From an uncultured Eubacteriales bacterium (lineage in GTDB: Bacteria; Acidobacteriota; Aminicenantia; Aminicenantales; Saccharicenantaceae), in contig CAZFZU010000006.1 in the NCBI GenBank assembly GCA_964523615.1, forward strand, positions 3,761 through 67,760: DNA of 64,000 bases, given 5' to 3'. Below the pieces are notes generated by a model. The model did no database searches. It saw nothing but the letters and a program-made list of their open reading frames with translations, and was not told the origin of the DNA. This document shows, piece after piece, positions 18,745 through 27,453 of the stretch. Every line of letters begins with the position of its first letter. Position 1 is the first letter of the stretch. The translations under genes were made by a program, and so were the position numbers.

Positions 18745-19047
18745 GGTACTTCTCCGGTTTCCGGGAAGACCCTCTCTCGGGCTTTAGGCTCACAACGGGG
18801 AGCGGATTCCGAGGAGCGGACCAGGCAGGATCGGGACGGAGTCCCCGGAGTCCCGATCCTGCGAGATCCCTTGAGAAAACGCTCTTTCCCGATATCTCCC
18901 GGAGCCGCTCCTCCGAGCGACTCCGGAGCGGCGCTGATGGTCGCTTCGGGGACTCCGCTCCCCGCCGCCCCTCCTCCAGCAACGGGGACCTTCGAGGCAA
19001 CATCCTTCGCCGCCGCGAGAGGGAGACCCGGAAAGGGGAGAAGAACC
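18745..19047. ncRNA. Candidate ~300-nt structured RNA or MITE-like element (unassigned)
   Basis: Nested inverted repeats: outer stem 18749-18776/19017-19043, inner stem 18797-18806/18954-18963, perfect 13-bp hairpin 18825-18837/18850-18862 and further hairpins. Confidence 0.35.
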
Positions 19048-19081
19048 AAAAAAAGGGAGAAAGGCGCGGGCCTTTCTCCCT
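19048..19081 (-). terminator. Rho-independent terminator of skp
   Basis: 12-bp stem AGGGAGAAAGGC/GCCTTTCTCCCT, 4-nt loop, T-tract on the minus strand. Confidence 0.9.
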
Positions 19082-19106
19082 TCGGAGCTCGTCAGGGGGG
19101 AGGGGA

Positions 19107-19655
19107 TTACTTCTTGACGGGGGGCGTCGCGGCCTTGGACTGGTCGTAGCGCCGGATGACCTCGTCGGTGATGTCGATCGTCGGGCTGGCCGTGACGACG
19201 CCGCTCGACATGGCGTCGAGGACGAGGTCGAGGCCGCGCTCCTTGGCCAGGTTCTCGATGACGACGACCATCTCGCCGCGGATCTTGTTGATGAGGTTGT
19301 TGGCGAAGGCCTGCCCGTCGCGGGTGGCGTCCTCTTCGTAGCGCTTGCGCTCGGTCGACTTCTTCTCGATGTCGGACTGGATGCCCGCCAGGGCCTCGTT
19401 GGTCATCGTCAGCCGTCCCGTCGAGAGCTTGTTCTCGAGCAGCCGGATGGCGTCGTCGAGCTTCTGGATGTCGTTCTTGATCTTGGTGTCGCGGTCCTGC
19501 ATCTGGGCCAGGGCCTTCTTGCCTTCGGCGCAGGTCTCGAACGCCTTCTGGGAGTTGATGATGGCCACCTTGCTCACCTGCTGGGCGTACGTCGCGCCGA
19601 CGACGGCCAGGACGAACAGGATGACGAGGGGGGCGAGAGTGCGGAATCTGTTCAT
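19107..19655 (-). CDS. skp: OmpH/Skp outer-membrane chaperone
   Basis: Signal peptide, KVAIINSQKAF, coiled coil, GLDLVLD, DITDEVI. Confidence 0.9.
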   Translation of the reverse strand: MNRFRTLAPLVILFVLAVVGATYAQQVSKVAIINSQKAFETCAEGKKALAQMQDRDTKIKNDIQKLDDAIRLLENKLSTGRLTMTNEALAGIQSDIEKKSTERKRYEEDATRDGQAFANNLINKIRGEMVVVIENLAKERGLDLVLDAMSSGVVTASPTIDITDEVIRRYDQSKAATPPVKK

Positions 19656-19716
19656 GGGACCTCCTATCGTGTCCTAATCCTCTTAACTCATTCCATTCGG
19701 GAATAGATGCGGTATT

Positions 19717-20838
19717 CTACCACGACGCGCCGATTTTTTTAAGGGTCTCGTCGATCCGGGCCAGGGCCGCCCGGAGATAGCCCGCTTCGGGACCGTAGCC
19801 GAAACGGAGGTAGCCGTCGAGCTCGAAGTGGTCCCCGGGGACGGCCAGGACGCTCTGTTCCCGGATGAGGCGCTCGACGAGCTCGGTCGAATTGACCTCC
19901 AGGCCGTAGCGGGCGAAGCAGATGGCCCCGGCCTTGGGCGGCCGGAAGGAGAACAGCCCGGCGTGGGCCCGGAGCCAGGCCTCCAGGACGGGGAAGTTGG
20001 CGTTGAGGATGCCCCGGGTCCGGGCCAGGATGCGTTCCCTGGCCGCCGGTTCCAGGGCGAGGGCGGCCAGCCGGTCGCTCAGGGCCGAGGGCGAGATGGT
20101 CGTGTAATCGTGGTAGGGCCAGGTGCGCTTGACGACGTCCTCGGGCCCGGCGATCCAGCCGATGCGCAGGCCCGGCAGGCCGTAGGCCTTGGACAGGCCG
20201 TTGACGACGAGCACGCGTTCGGCCAGGCCCCAGAAGCTCGGGGTGGTGACGCCGGAGAGCTCGGCCCCCCGGTAGACCTCGTCGGCCAGGATCCAGGCCC
20301 CGGCCTTCTCGGCCAGGCCGACGACGGCTTTCATGACCTCGGGCGTGAGGACCGAGCCGGTCGGGTTGTTGGGATTGGTCAGGACGATGAGCTTGGTCTT
20401 CGGGGTCACCAGCCGGGCCATCTCGTCGAGGTCGGGCTGCCAGTCGAGCTCCTCCCTCAGGGTGAAGGTCTTGACCTTGGCCCCGAAGGCCCGCATCAGG
20501 CCGCCCATCTGCATGTAATTGGGCAGCTCGAAGAGGACCTCGTCGCCGGGCTCGATGAGGCTCCACATGAGCAGGAAGTTGGCCTCCGAGGAGCCGGCCG
20601 TGGTCAGGATCTGCTCCAGGCCGGCGCCGGGGTAGAGCGCGGCGATGCGCTCGCGCAGGGGGACGGTGCCGTTCGTCTGGGTGTAGCCGAGCTCGACGCG
20701 CGTGAGCTCCTCGAGCTGGGCCGGGGTCAGGAGCTCCGCCAGGGTCATGGGGTGGACGCCGCTCTCGGACAGGTTGTAGTCGACGACGTTCTCCCAGACC
20801 GACTGCATCCGCTCCATCTTGAACAGGTCGATCTTCAT
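19717..20838 (-). CDS. PLP-dependent aminotransferase class I/II
   Basis: NPNNPTG, DEVY, NGLSKAYGLPGLRIGW; begins 22 nt after the DUF106-like gene. Confidence 0.92.
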   Translation of the reverse strand: MKIDLFKMERMQSVWENVVDYNLSESGVHPMTLAELLTPAQLEELTRVELGYTQTNGTVPLRERIAALYPGAGLEQILTTAGSSEANFLLMWSLIEPGDEVLFELPNYMQMGGLMRAFGAKVKTFTLREELDWQPDLDEMARLVTPKTKLIVLTNPNNPTGSVLTPEVMKAVVGLAEKAGAWILADEVYRGAELSGVTTPSFWGLAERVLVVNGLSKAYGLPGLRIGWIAGPEDVVKRTWPYHDYTTISPSALSDRLAALALEPAARERILARTRGILNANFPVLEAWLRAHAGLFSFRPPKAGAICFARYGLEVNSTELVERLIREQSVLAVPGDHFELDGYLRFGYGPEAGYLRAALARIDETLKKIGASW

Positions 20839-20860
20839 GGGCAGCCTCTCACGCGGGGAT

Positions 20861-21688
20861 TCAGATCTCGACCTTGAGGACGCCCTTCAGCGCGAAACCG
20901 AGGGCGATCGACAGGACGAGGTAGGCGACGAGCCAGTGGACGTTCGAACCGAGCACCGGAAGGCCGGCGGCCGGGTAGAGGACCTCGACGGAACGGATGG
21001 GTCCGCCTCCGGGCAGAGGGGGTTCGCCGGGGAAGAGGACGCGCTTCCCGAAGGAGCCCCGGGACGCCAGCGCGGAGATCCGGGCCAGCCGGTCCCCGCC
21101 GGCGACGACGGTCTTGCCGAAGGCCAGGGAGCCGGCCCGGACGACGAGGCGTCCCGACCCGGGCCCGACGGCCCGGACGCGCCAGACGGCTTCGCCCAGG
21201 TCGGCGACGCGGACGACGGGGGACGTGACCTCGATGAACCCGGGAGTCTCGAGGGCCAGGTCGAGCGAGGCGGGATCGACGCCCGGCTCGAAGCGGGCCT
21301 TGACCAGGGTCTCCCGCCCCGGCGAGAGCGGCGCCCGGTCGTACCAGACCGAGAGCTGGGCCAGGATGAGGACGAGCGGCACGATCATGACGGCCAGGGG
21401 CCGCAGGTTGGCGGCAAGATAGGCCAGGTTGGCCTTGAGCACGCCGGCCTGGGCCGACAGGGTCACCCGCATGTCGTCCTTGTACAACCGCATCTCCAGC
21501 AGGTGGGCCTTGATGCGGTCCTTGGCCCGGCGGATGGCGGCCTGGTTCGAGGTCAGCTTGTAGACCTCGAGCATGAGCAGGGCCGTCAGGAGCGAGACGG
21601 CGATCAGCCCGGCCCACGGGGACATCCCCCGGAAGGGCCAGAGGACCGCCCCGACGAGCCCGCCGAAGACGACGTTGACCGCGTGCAT
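20861..21688 (-). CDS. DUF106/EMC3/TMCO1-like (Oxa1-superfamily) three-TM membrane protein with inserted soluble domain
   Basis: ATG 21688 after GAGGA. TM1 (GLIAVSLLTALLML), basic coiled coil (NQAAIRRAKDRIKAHLL), TM2 beginning RPLAVMIVPLVLIL, beta-rich insert, terminal TM3 (WLVAYLVLSIALGFALK). Confidence 0.6.
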   Translation of the reverse strand: MHAVNVVFGGLVGAVLWPFRGMSPWAGLIAVSLLTALLMLEVYKLTSNQAAIRRAKDRIKAHLLEMRLYKDDMRVTLSAQAGVLKANLAYLAANLRPLAVMIVPLVLILAQLSVWYDRAPLSPGRETLVKARFEPGVDPASLDLALETPGFIEVTSPVVRVADLGEAVWRVRAVGPGSGRLVVRAGSLAFGKTVVAGGDRLARISALASRGSFGKRVLFPGEPPLPGGGPIRSVEVLYPAAGLPVLGSNVHWLVAYLVLSIALGFALKGVLKVEI

Positions 21689-21701
21689 ATGATCGATCCT
21701 C

Positions 21702-21784
21702 AACCTGGATTAGTCATGAAAACGCCGTGTTCCTCCATCACAACAGACGATCCAAGACCGGGAATCTCATGAATCGTCCAGGTT
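21702..21784. repeat. 18-bp imperfect inverted repeat spanning the intergenic gap
   Basis: AACCTGGATTAGTCATGA (21702-21719) and TCATGAATCGTCCAGGTT (21767-21784); 15/18 match, each arm containing TCATGA. Confidence 0.7.
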
Positions 21785-21974
21785 AGCCGATGTAGCCAAG
21801 CCCCTTGAGCTTCTTCTTGATCTCCTCTTCGGAGTCGGCCTCCTCGATCTTGGCCACTTCTTTCTCGAGGCAGTGGGCGACGAACTCCTCGACCGAGGAG
21901 TAGCCGGACATCTCGGCGTACTTCTTGATCTTGGCGAAGAGAGCCTTGTCGACGGCGACTTTCACGGTGGCCAT
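21783..21974 (-). CDS. 63-aa ribbon-helix-helix-like protein with C-terminal LKGLGYI tail
   Basis: AAGGAG RBS; VKVAV strand, two helices joined by GYSSVEEF; ends EEEIKKKLKGLGYIG. Confidence 0.85.
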   Translation of the reverse strand: MATVKVAVDKALFAKIKKYAEMSGYSSVEEFVAHCLEKEVAKIEEADSEEEIKKKLKGLGYIG

Positions 21975-21992
21975 GGCGATGCTCCTTGTCCG

Positions 21993-24008
21993 TCAGGTCT
22001 TGGCGAGAACGTCCCGGCCGATCATGCCGGCCGGCTTCTCGGCGTCGAAGAGGCTCAGCACGGAGGCCGTCAAGTCCTCCAGGGCCGGGGCCTCGGCCGT
22101 GAACTTCCTGTTCGCGAAGGCGATGCCCGGCAGGACGTCCGGGGCCGACATGTGGTCGCCGCTCCAGCGCTGGGTGTTGTCCTCGAGGACTTCGCGCGGG
22201 AAGCCGCCGAGCGGCGACTGCCAGGAGATGCGGTAGCCCGGGGCGAAGCCCAGGACGATGTCCGGGGCCTGCTCCAGGTTGGGGCCGCGGTAGGCCTCTT
22301 TGGCGACGAAGGCCCTGCGGACGACCTGATCGCCCGTGACGGGGTCCCGCAAGGCCTCGAGCCGGCGGACGATCTCCCGGACGAGATTGTCCTTGTCGGC
22401 TCCCGGCTCCACGGCGCCCTGGCCCTCGCGCCCGCGCTCGTTGATGTAGAGGCCGTTGAGGCCCATGCCGTAGGCCCGCGTCTTCGACCAGTCCGTGTTG
22501 TCGAAGTAGGCCGACTCCTCCTGCTTCCAGGGCCGTTTCAACCGGTGGAAACCCTCGCGGACGAGCCAGGTGTTGAGGTTGAAGCCGCGGCGGAAGGTGT
22601 TGAAGCCGTGGTCCGACATGACCAGGACGACCGTGTCCTTGTCGGCTTTTTTCAAGGCCAGGTCGAGGGCCCGGTCCATTTCGCCGTAGGTCCGGGCGAT
22701 GACGTCGCCGAAGCGGGCGGCCAGCTTTTCGTCGTAGGCCGGGTGGCCGGGATCGGTCAGGCGCCAGAACATGTGCTGGCGTTGGTCGGCGTTGGAAAAG
22801 TAGTAGAACAGCAGCCCCGCGTCGAGGCGGCCGAGCTCGTATTCGAGCATGGCCATGCTCTCCTCGTAGACGAGGTTGTCGAGATGGAGGAACTCCTCCT
22901 CGTCGAGAACGCCGTTCTCCAGGGCGCTCGTGTCGGCCGGCAGCCCCTTGGTGAAATAGGGGCCGAAGCGCCTCTCGAGGTCCCGGGCGTAGGACTCCGG
23001 CGTGGACAGGGGCAGGGCCGGGCGGGCCGGGTCCATGTGGATGGGCGAGACGTAGAGCTTGAACTTGGGCCGGACCTCCTTGAGGTAGAACAGGCAGATG
23101 CCGTGGACGCTCTGGGTCGGCATGAGCCCGAAGCGGACCCTCTGCCAGCCGCTCCACTCGCCCTGGCGGAGGACGAACTCGCGGCCCTGGAGGACGATCT
23201 TGGCCGCGGCGTGCTCGGGGTCGAGGAAGACCTGGAAGGGCACGGACGCCTCCGGGGAGCCGACCTTGAAGGCGTTCGTCGGGCCCTTGAGCTCGGCCTC
23301 GACCCGGTCGCCGACGACGAAGACGTCGTAGACCCGGCCGCCGCCGCCGGCCTCCTGGACGACGGACGCCGAGGCGTTCGTGTAATAGCTGAAGATGCCG
23401 TACGAGCCCTTGAGGTCGGGCGTGTTCATGCCGGCGAGCGTCCGCTGCTCCGACTCGACGGGCGGGTAGTTCGAGGGCATCTTGAAGACGGTCGCCGGGA
23501 CGCCGCGGTCCTCGAGGACCTGCCAGAAGGCCCGGCCCTTGCGGAGGTTCCGGACCTGGCCGCCCGAGAGGGGGATGAGCGTCTTGCCGAGGCGGATGGT
23601 CTTCCCGCCGCCGGTCGTCTCGGTGGCCGAGAAGACGGGGACGTAGGTCTTGGGATCGCGGTTGAAGAAATCGAAGATGGCGTGTCCGCCGGGGTCCATG
23701 CCGGTGATGAAGTTGGACCAGGCCACCGGCGTCTGGGGCGGCAGGCTGGTGCCGAGCGGCCGGAAGTCCCCGCCCCGCTCGAGGAGCCGCCGGAAGGCCG
23801 GCAGGCGGCCCTCGTCGATCCAGCGTTTCGTCAGGACGGGGTCGAGGCCGTCGAGACCGAGCACGATGACCTTCTTCCCGTCCCGGGACGGGCCGAACGA
23901 GCGGGGGGAGAGCCGGGCCGCTCCGCCCAGCCCCAGGGCCGCCGAGGCGGCCACGCCGGCCTTGAGGAATTCACGCCGCGAGAGCCGCGCGCGCCCGTGT
24001 CCGCTCAT
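21993..24008 (-). CDS. Alkaline phosphatase superfamily (COG3379-like phosphodiesterase) protein, Tat signal
   Basis: ATGA overlap at 24005-24008; SRREFLK; GLDG, PPQT(nucleophile)PVAW, DQRQH, SDHG, GDH. Confidence 0.9.
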   Translation of the reverse strand: MSGHGRARLSRREFLKAGVAASAALGLGGAARLSPRSFGPSRDGKKVIVLGLDGLDPVLTKRWIDEGRLPAFRRLLERGGDFRPLGTSLPPQTPVAWSNFITGMDPGGHAIFDFFNRDPKTYVPVFSATETTGGGKTIRLGKTLIPLSGGQVRNLRKGRAFWQVLEDRGVPATVFKMPSNYPPVESEQRTLAGMNTPDLKGSYGIFSYYTNASASVVQEAGGGGRVYDVFVVGDRVEAELKGPTNAFKVGSPEASVPFQVFLDPEHAAAKIVLQGREFVLRQGEWSGWQRVRFGLMPTQSVHGICLFYLKEVRPKFKLYVSPIHMDPARPALPLSTPESYARDLERRFGPYFTKGLPADTSALENGVLDEEEFLHLDNLVYEESMAMLEYELGRLDAGLLFYYFSNADQRQHMFWRLTDPGHPAYDEKLAARFGDVIARTYGEMDRALDLALKKADKDTVVLVMSDHGFNTFRRGFNLNTWLVREGFHRLKRPWKQEESAYFDNTDWSKTRAYGMGLNGLYINERGREGQGAVEPGADKDNLVREIVRRLEALRDPVTGDQVVRRAFVAKEAYRGPNLEQAPDIVLGFAPGYRISWQSPLGGFPREVLEDNTQRWSGDHMSAPDVLPGIAFANRKFTAEAPALEDLTASVLSLFDAEKPAGMIGRDVLAKT

Positions 24009-26131
24009 GCTTTCTTTCCCTTCGCTTCCCGCGAGAGGCCGGCGACGTCGACCAGGCCCCGGCCGTCCATATGGGCCGGCGGGGTCAGGCCGAAGAGCTC
24101 CAGGACGGTCGGGGCCAGGTCCATGATGGAGGGCTGGTCGGTCCTGAGGCGCAGGCTCGAGAACAGCACGCCCGGGACCAGGGCCGGGTCGATGCAGTGG
24201 TCGCCGCTCCAGGCCTTGACGTTGTCCTCGATGACCGTGTCGTCGACGATGCCCGTGACGCCGTCCCAGGAGGCCCGATATCCCTCGTTGTACCCGATGA
24301 TGAGGTCCGGGGCGTTGTCCCGGTACGGCCCGGCGTAGACGGCGTCGCGGTCGTAGACGCGGGTGACGGCCGGGGGGCCGCTCGGCCCGTCGCGCAGGGC
24401 CTCGAGCTTGCGGGCCAGCTCGGCCTTGAGGGCCGCGGCTTCGGCGCCGGGGGCGACGGTGCCGCGCGCCTCCCGGTCCCTGAGGTTGAGGTAGATGCCG
24501 CCGAGCCCCAGGCCGTAGGCCCGGGTCCGCCCCCAGTCGACGTCCTTGAACCATTCGCCGCTCGTCTCCCGTCCCTCGTTCAGGGCCAGGTAGCCGTTCT
24601 TCCGGAGCCAGGAGTTGAGGTTGACCCCCCGGCGGAAAGACTTGAAGCCATGGTCGGACATGACGAACAGGGCGTCGCGGGGGCCGAGCCCCTCGGCGAC
24701 CCGGCCGACGAGCCCGTCCATCTTCTTATAGAGATCCTCGACGACGGCCGCGCTCATCCGGGCCGGACCGGCCTTGAGGGCCGGATGGGCTTTGTCGAGG
24801 TAGCGGAAGAACATGTGCTGGACGCTGTCGGTCGTCTCGAAGACGATCGCGACCAGGCCCTTCGAAGTCTTGGCCAGGGCGTTGCGGAGCATGGCCTCCC
24901 AGGCCTCGTGGTTGTCGTAGGTCAGCTCGAGGAAGGCCTTCTCGTCGAGGGCGCCCTCGTTGAGGGCCCAGGTGTCGTTGGCCTCGCCCAGGGTGATGTA
25001 ACGGCCCAGGAGCTTGGCCAGGTAGACCGAGTAGATGAACGGATGGGAGATGGGCAGGGCGGGCTTCTCGGGGTCGATGTTGAGGGGCGTGACGTACATC
25101 TCGAACGGGGGCTCGAGCGAGGCGATGCGGAAGCGGCAGATGCCCCGGACCTTGACCCCCAGGCCGGCCCGGAAAACGACCGGCGTCCACGGGCTGAAGG
25201 TCTTCTCTTTGAGGAAGAACGGCTTCTCGCGGCCGACGGCGACGCGGGCCCCGCCGGCCGCCCGGTCGATGGCCACGGTCAGGGGGACGCGGATCTCCTC
25301 GGGGACCCTGAGCAGCGAGTTCTCCGGGCCCGCGAGCTCGGTCCGGATGACGTCGCCCTCGCGGCGGACCAGGACGGCCACGCCGCCCTCGTGCTTGCGG
25401 ACCTTCTCGGCGTCCTCGGTGAAGAAGGCGAACGTCCCCTGGCTGCCTTTGAGGTCGGGGGCGCACATGCCGGAGAGCAGGTGGCCCTTGAACTTCTCCG
25501 GCGGGAAGGTGATGGGCACGCGCAGGACCGTGGCCGGCACGCCCTTCTCGCCGAGGACCTTCCAGAACGGCACGCTCCGGCGCATCCCCCGGACCTCGGG
25601 CTTGGAGAGCGGGACGAGATACTTGCCCAGGGCCAAGGTCCGCTTGGGCCGGCCGATGCGGGCCGAGGACAGGTCCGGGAGATAGGTCCGGGGGTCGCGG
25701 CTGAGGAAGTCGAAGATGTTGTGCTTGGAGGGCTCCGAGCCGGTCATAAAGGACGACCAGGCGACGGGGGAGATGGCCGGGGTCGTCGTCCGCAGGCGGG
25801 CGTAGGCCCCGTCCTTGCGCAGTCGGGCCAGGTTCGGGAGCTTGCCCTCGGCCATGAACTTCTCGGCCAGCGTCGGTTCCAAGCCGTCGAGCCCGAGGAT
25901 GACGACGCGGTCGACCCGGCTGCGGCCGAGGGCCCGCCGGCCGCGGACCGTCCGCCACAGGAAGCGGAACGGCCAGGACAGGAACGAGAACAGGGCCAGG
26001 ACGAAGGTCAGGAAGAGGACCAGGAAGGAGGACAGGAAGGCGAAGCCGGCCCCAGGCCCGATGTAGCCGGCGAGAGGGGAGGCCAGGGCGAGGAGGGCGG
26101 CCGCCGCGAGGATCGTGCCCGTCCGCTTCAT
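24005..26131 (-). CDS. Alkaline phosphatase superfamily protein with signal peptide, YIGPG motif and TM anchor
   Basis: TGATG overlap at 26129-26133; MKRTGTILAAAALLALASPLAG-YIGPGAGFAF-TM-basic stretch; GLDG, PAISPVAW, DSVQH, SDHG, GDH. Confidence 0.9.
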   Translation of the reverse strand: MKRTGTILAAAALLALASPLAGYIGPGAGFAFLSSFLVLFLTFVLALFSFLSWPFRFLWRTVRGRRALGRSRVDRVVILGLDGLEPTLAEKFMAEGKLPNLARLRKDGAYARLRTTTPAISPVAWSSFMTGSEPSKHNIFDFLSRDPRTYLPDLSSARIGRPKRTLALGKYLVPLSKPEVRGMRRSVPFWKVLGEKGVPATVLRVPITFPPEKFKGHLLSGMCAPDLKGSQGTFAFFTEDAEKVRKHEGGVAVLVRREGDVIRTELAGPENSLLRVPEEIRVPLTVAIDRAAGGARVAVGREKPFFLKEKTFSPWTPVVFRAGLGVKVRGICRFRIASLEPPFEMYVTPLNIDPEKPALPISHPFIYSVYLAKLLGRYITLGEANDTWALNEGALDEKAFLELTYDNHEAWEAMLRNALAKTSKGLVAIVFETTDSVQHMFFRYLDKAHPALKAGPARMSAAVVEDLYKKMDGLVGRVAEGLGPRDALFVMSDHGFKSFRRGVNLNSWLRKNGYLALNEGRETSGEWFKDVDWGRTRAYGLGLGGIYLNLRDREARGTVAPGAEAAALKAELARKLEALRDGPSGPPAVTRVYDRDAVYAGPYRDNAPDLIIGYNEGYRASWDGVTGIVDDTVIEDNVKAWSGDHCIDPALVPGVLFSSLRLRTDQPSIMDLAPTVLELFGLTPPAHMDGRGLVDVAGLSREAKGKKA

Positions 26132-27423
26132 CAGTAGTTCTTGAGGATGATCGGGGCCAGGTCGGCGATGCGGAGGTCGTCGCCGTGGTCCTCGACCGAC
26201 CAGAAGAAGGCGTCGTCCCAGGTGTGCATGCCTTGGAGGCCGGAGCGGCCGAAGACCTCCTTCCGGCGGACCGAGCCCTTCATGTCGAAGCCGGGCTCGC
26301 CCACGACGACGAGGTCCGGGCCCTTGGCGGCGTGCGGACCGTGGTAGACCTCCTCGTTGAAGAAGACCTTCTTGACGACGCGCCGGCCCTCGTAGGTCAG
26401 CTGCTCGAGCTTGCCGGCGATCTCCTGGCGCAGGGCCCGGCGGGCGCTCCGCGCGATCGTGCCCTTGGGGAAGCGGTCCTTGAGGTGGATGTAGATCCGG
26501 TTGGGGTCGAGAGCGAAGGCCTTGGTCCGGCCGTGGATGTCGCCGAGCCCCGTCGGCTCGGGCTTGAGGAAACGGAGGTAGCCGTTCTGCTCGAGCCAAG
26601 CGTTGAGATAGACCTCCTGGACGATGCCCGTGAAGCCGTGGTCGGACAGGATGTAGAAACCGGCGTAGGTGTTGGTGAGCTTGTGGTAGGCGGCGACGAT
26701 CTTGCCGATGAGACGGTCGATGTGGCGGTAGAAGTCGAGAAAGCGCTCATGGGAGGGGTGGCCGGGGTCCTCGTAGGCGCGCCACAGGAAGTGGTGGAGA
26801 CGGTCGGTCCCCGTGACGACGTACTCGAAGTAGTCCCAGTCCCCTTCCCAGAAGTGGTTGAGGGCTTTTTGCCCCCCGGCCATGGTCTTGGTCAGCTCCT
26901 GCCAGAGGACCTCGGGGCTCTCGCGGCATTTGAGGATGTCGACGTCGATCTGGTAGCCCATCTGCTCGAGGGCGGCCCGGTAGGTCGTCGGCCAGACGGC
27001 CTTGGCCAGCTCCAGGGCCACGAAACCGGACACGAGGACGCCCTCGATCTCGCGGGCCGGGTAGGTCGAGGGCTGGTTGATGACGATGCTCCGGCGGCCC
27101 TTGGCGCCCAGGCGGTCCCAGAGGGTGGGGGCCTTGACGTCGAGGTAATTGGGGAAGCGGATGTCGTAGGATCGGGGCTTGAAGTCGGTGAAGCCGAAGA
27201 TCCCATGGCTGCCCGAGTCCGTCCCGGTCATGAAATCCGTCCAGGACACGGCCGAGATCTCGGGCAGGCTGGCCTTCATCCGGTGGAGCCGGCCGATGTC
27301 CATGAGGCGGGCCATGGTCGACATGATCCCCCGGCGGGCCAGCTCGGCGATCATGCCGTAGGGCACGCCGTCGAGGCCGATGACGCAGGCTTTTTCAGTC
27401 TTTTTTCGCTTCGCTACGGCCAT
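26131..27423 (-). CDS. Alkaline phosphatase superfamily protein, no export signal
   Basis: GLDG, PEISAVSW, DRLHH, SDHG, GMH; lacks the long central insert of the two paralogs. Confidence 0.9.
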   Translation of the reverse strand: MAVAKRKKTEKACVIGLDGVPYGMIAELARRGIMSTMARLMDIGRLHRMKASLPEISAVSWTDFMTGTDSGSHGIFGFTDFKPRSYDIRFPNYLDVKAPTLWDRLGAKGRRSIVINQPSTYPAREIEGVLVSGFVALELAKAVWPTTYRAALEQMGYQIDVDILKCRESPEVLWQELTKTMAGGQKALNHFWEGDWDYFEYVVTGTDRLHHFLWRAYEDPGHPSHERFLDFYRHIDRLIGKIVAAYHKLTNTYAGFYILSDHGFTGIVQEVYLNAWLEQNGYLRFLKPEPTGLGDIHGRTKAFALDPNRIYIHLKDRFPKGTIARSARRALRQEIAGKLEQLTYEGRRVVKKVFFNEEVYHGPHAAKGPDLVVVGEPGFDMKGSVRRKEVFGRSGLQGMHTWDDAFFWSVEDHGDDLRIADLAPIILKNY

Positions 27424-27453
27424 GGCGCGGCTTCTTCCGGCTTGGAAATCAGG

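Noticed and set aside
18745-19047. Assignment of the structured element as SRP RNA, tmRNA, RNase P, group II intron or c-di-GMP riboswitch
   Set aside because: I could not find the signature motifs on either strand, so it is kept only as an unassigned candidate.
24005-26599. Extended N-termini of the AlkP paralogs (864 aa and 853 aa in the track)
   Set aside because: The extensions overlap the upstream paralog. Coupled starts at 26131 and 24008 give clean signal peptides.
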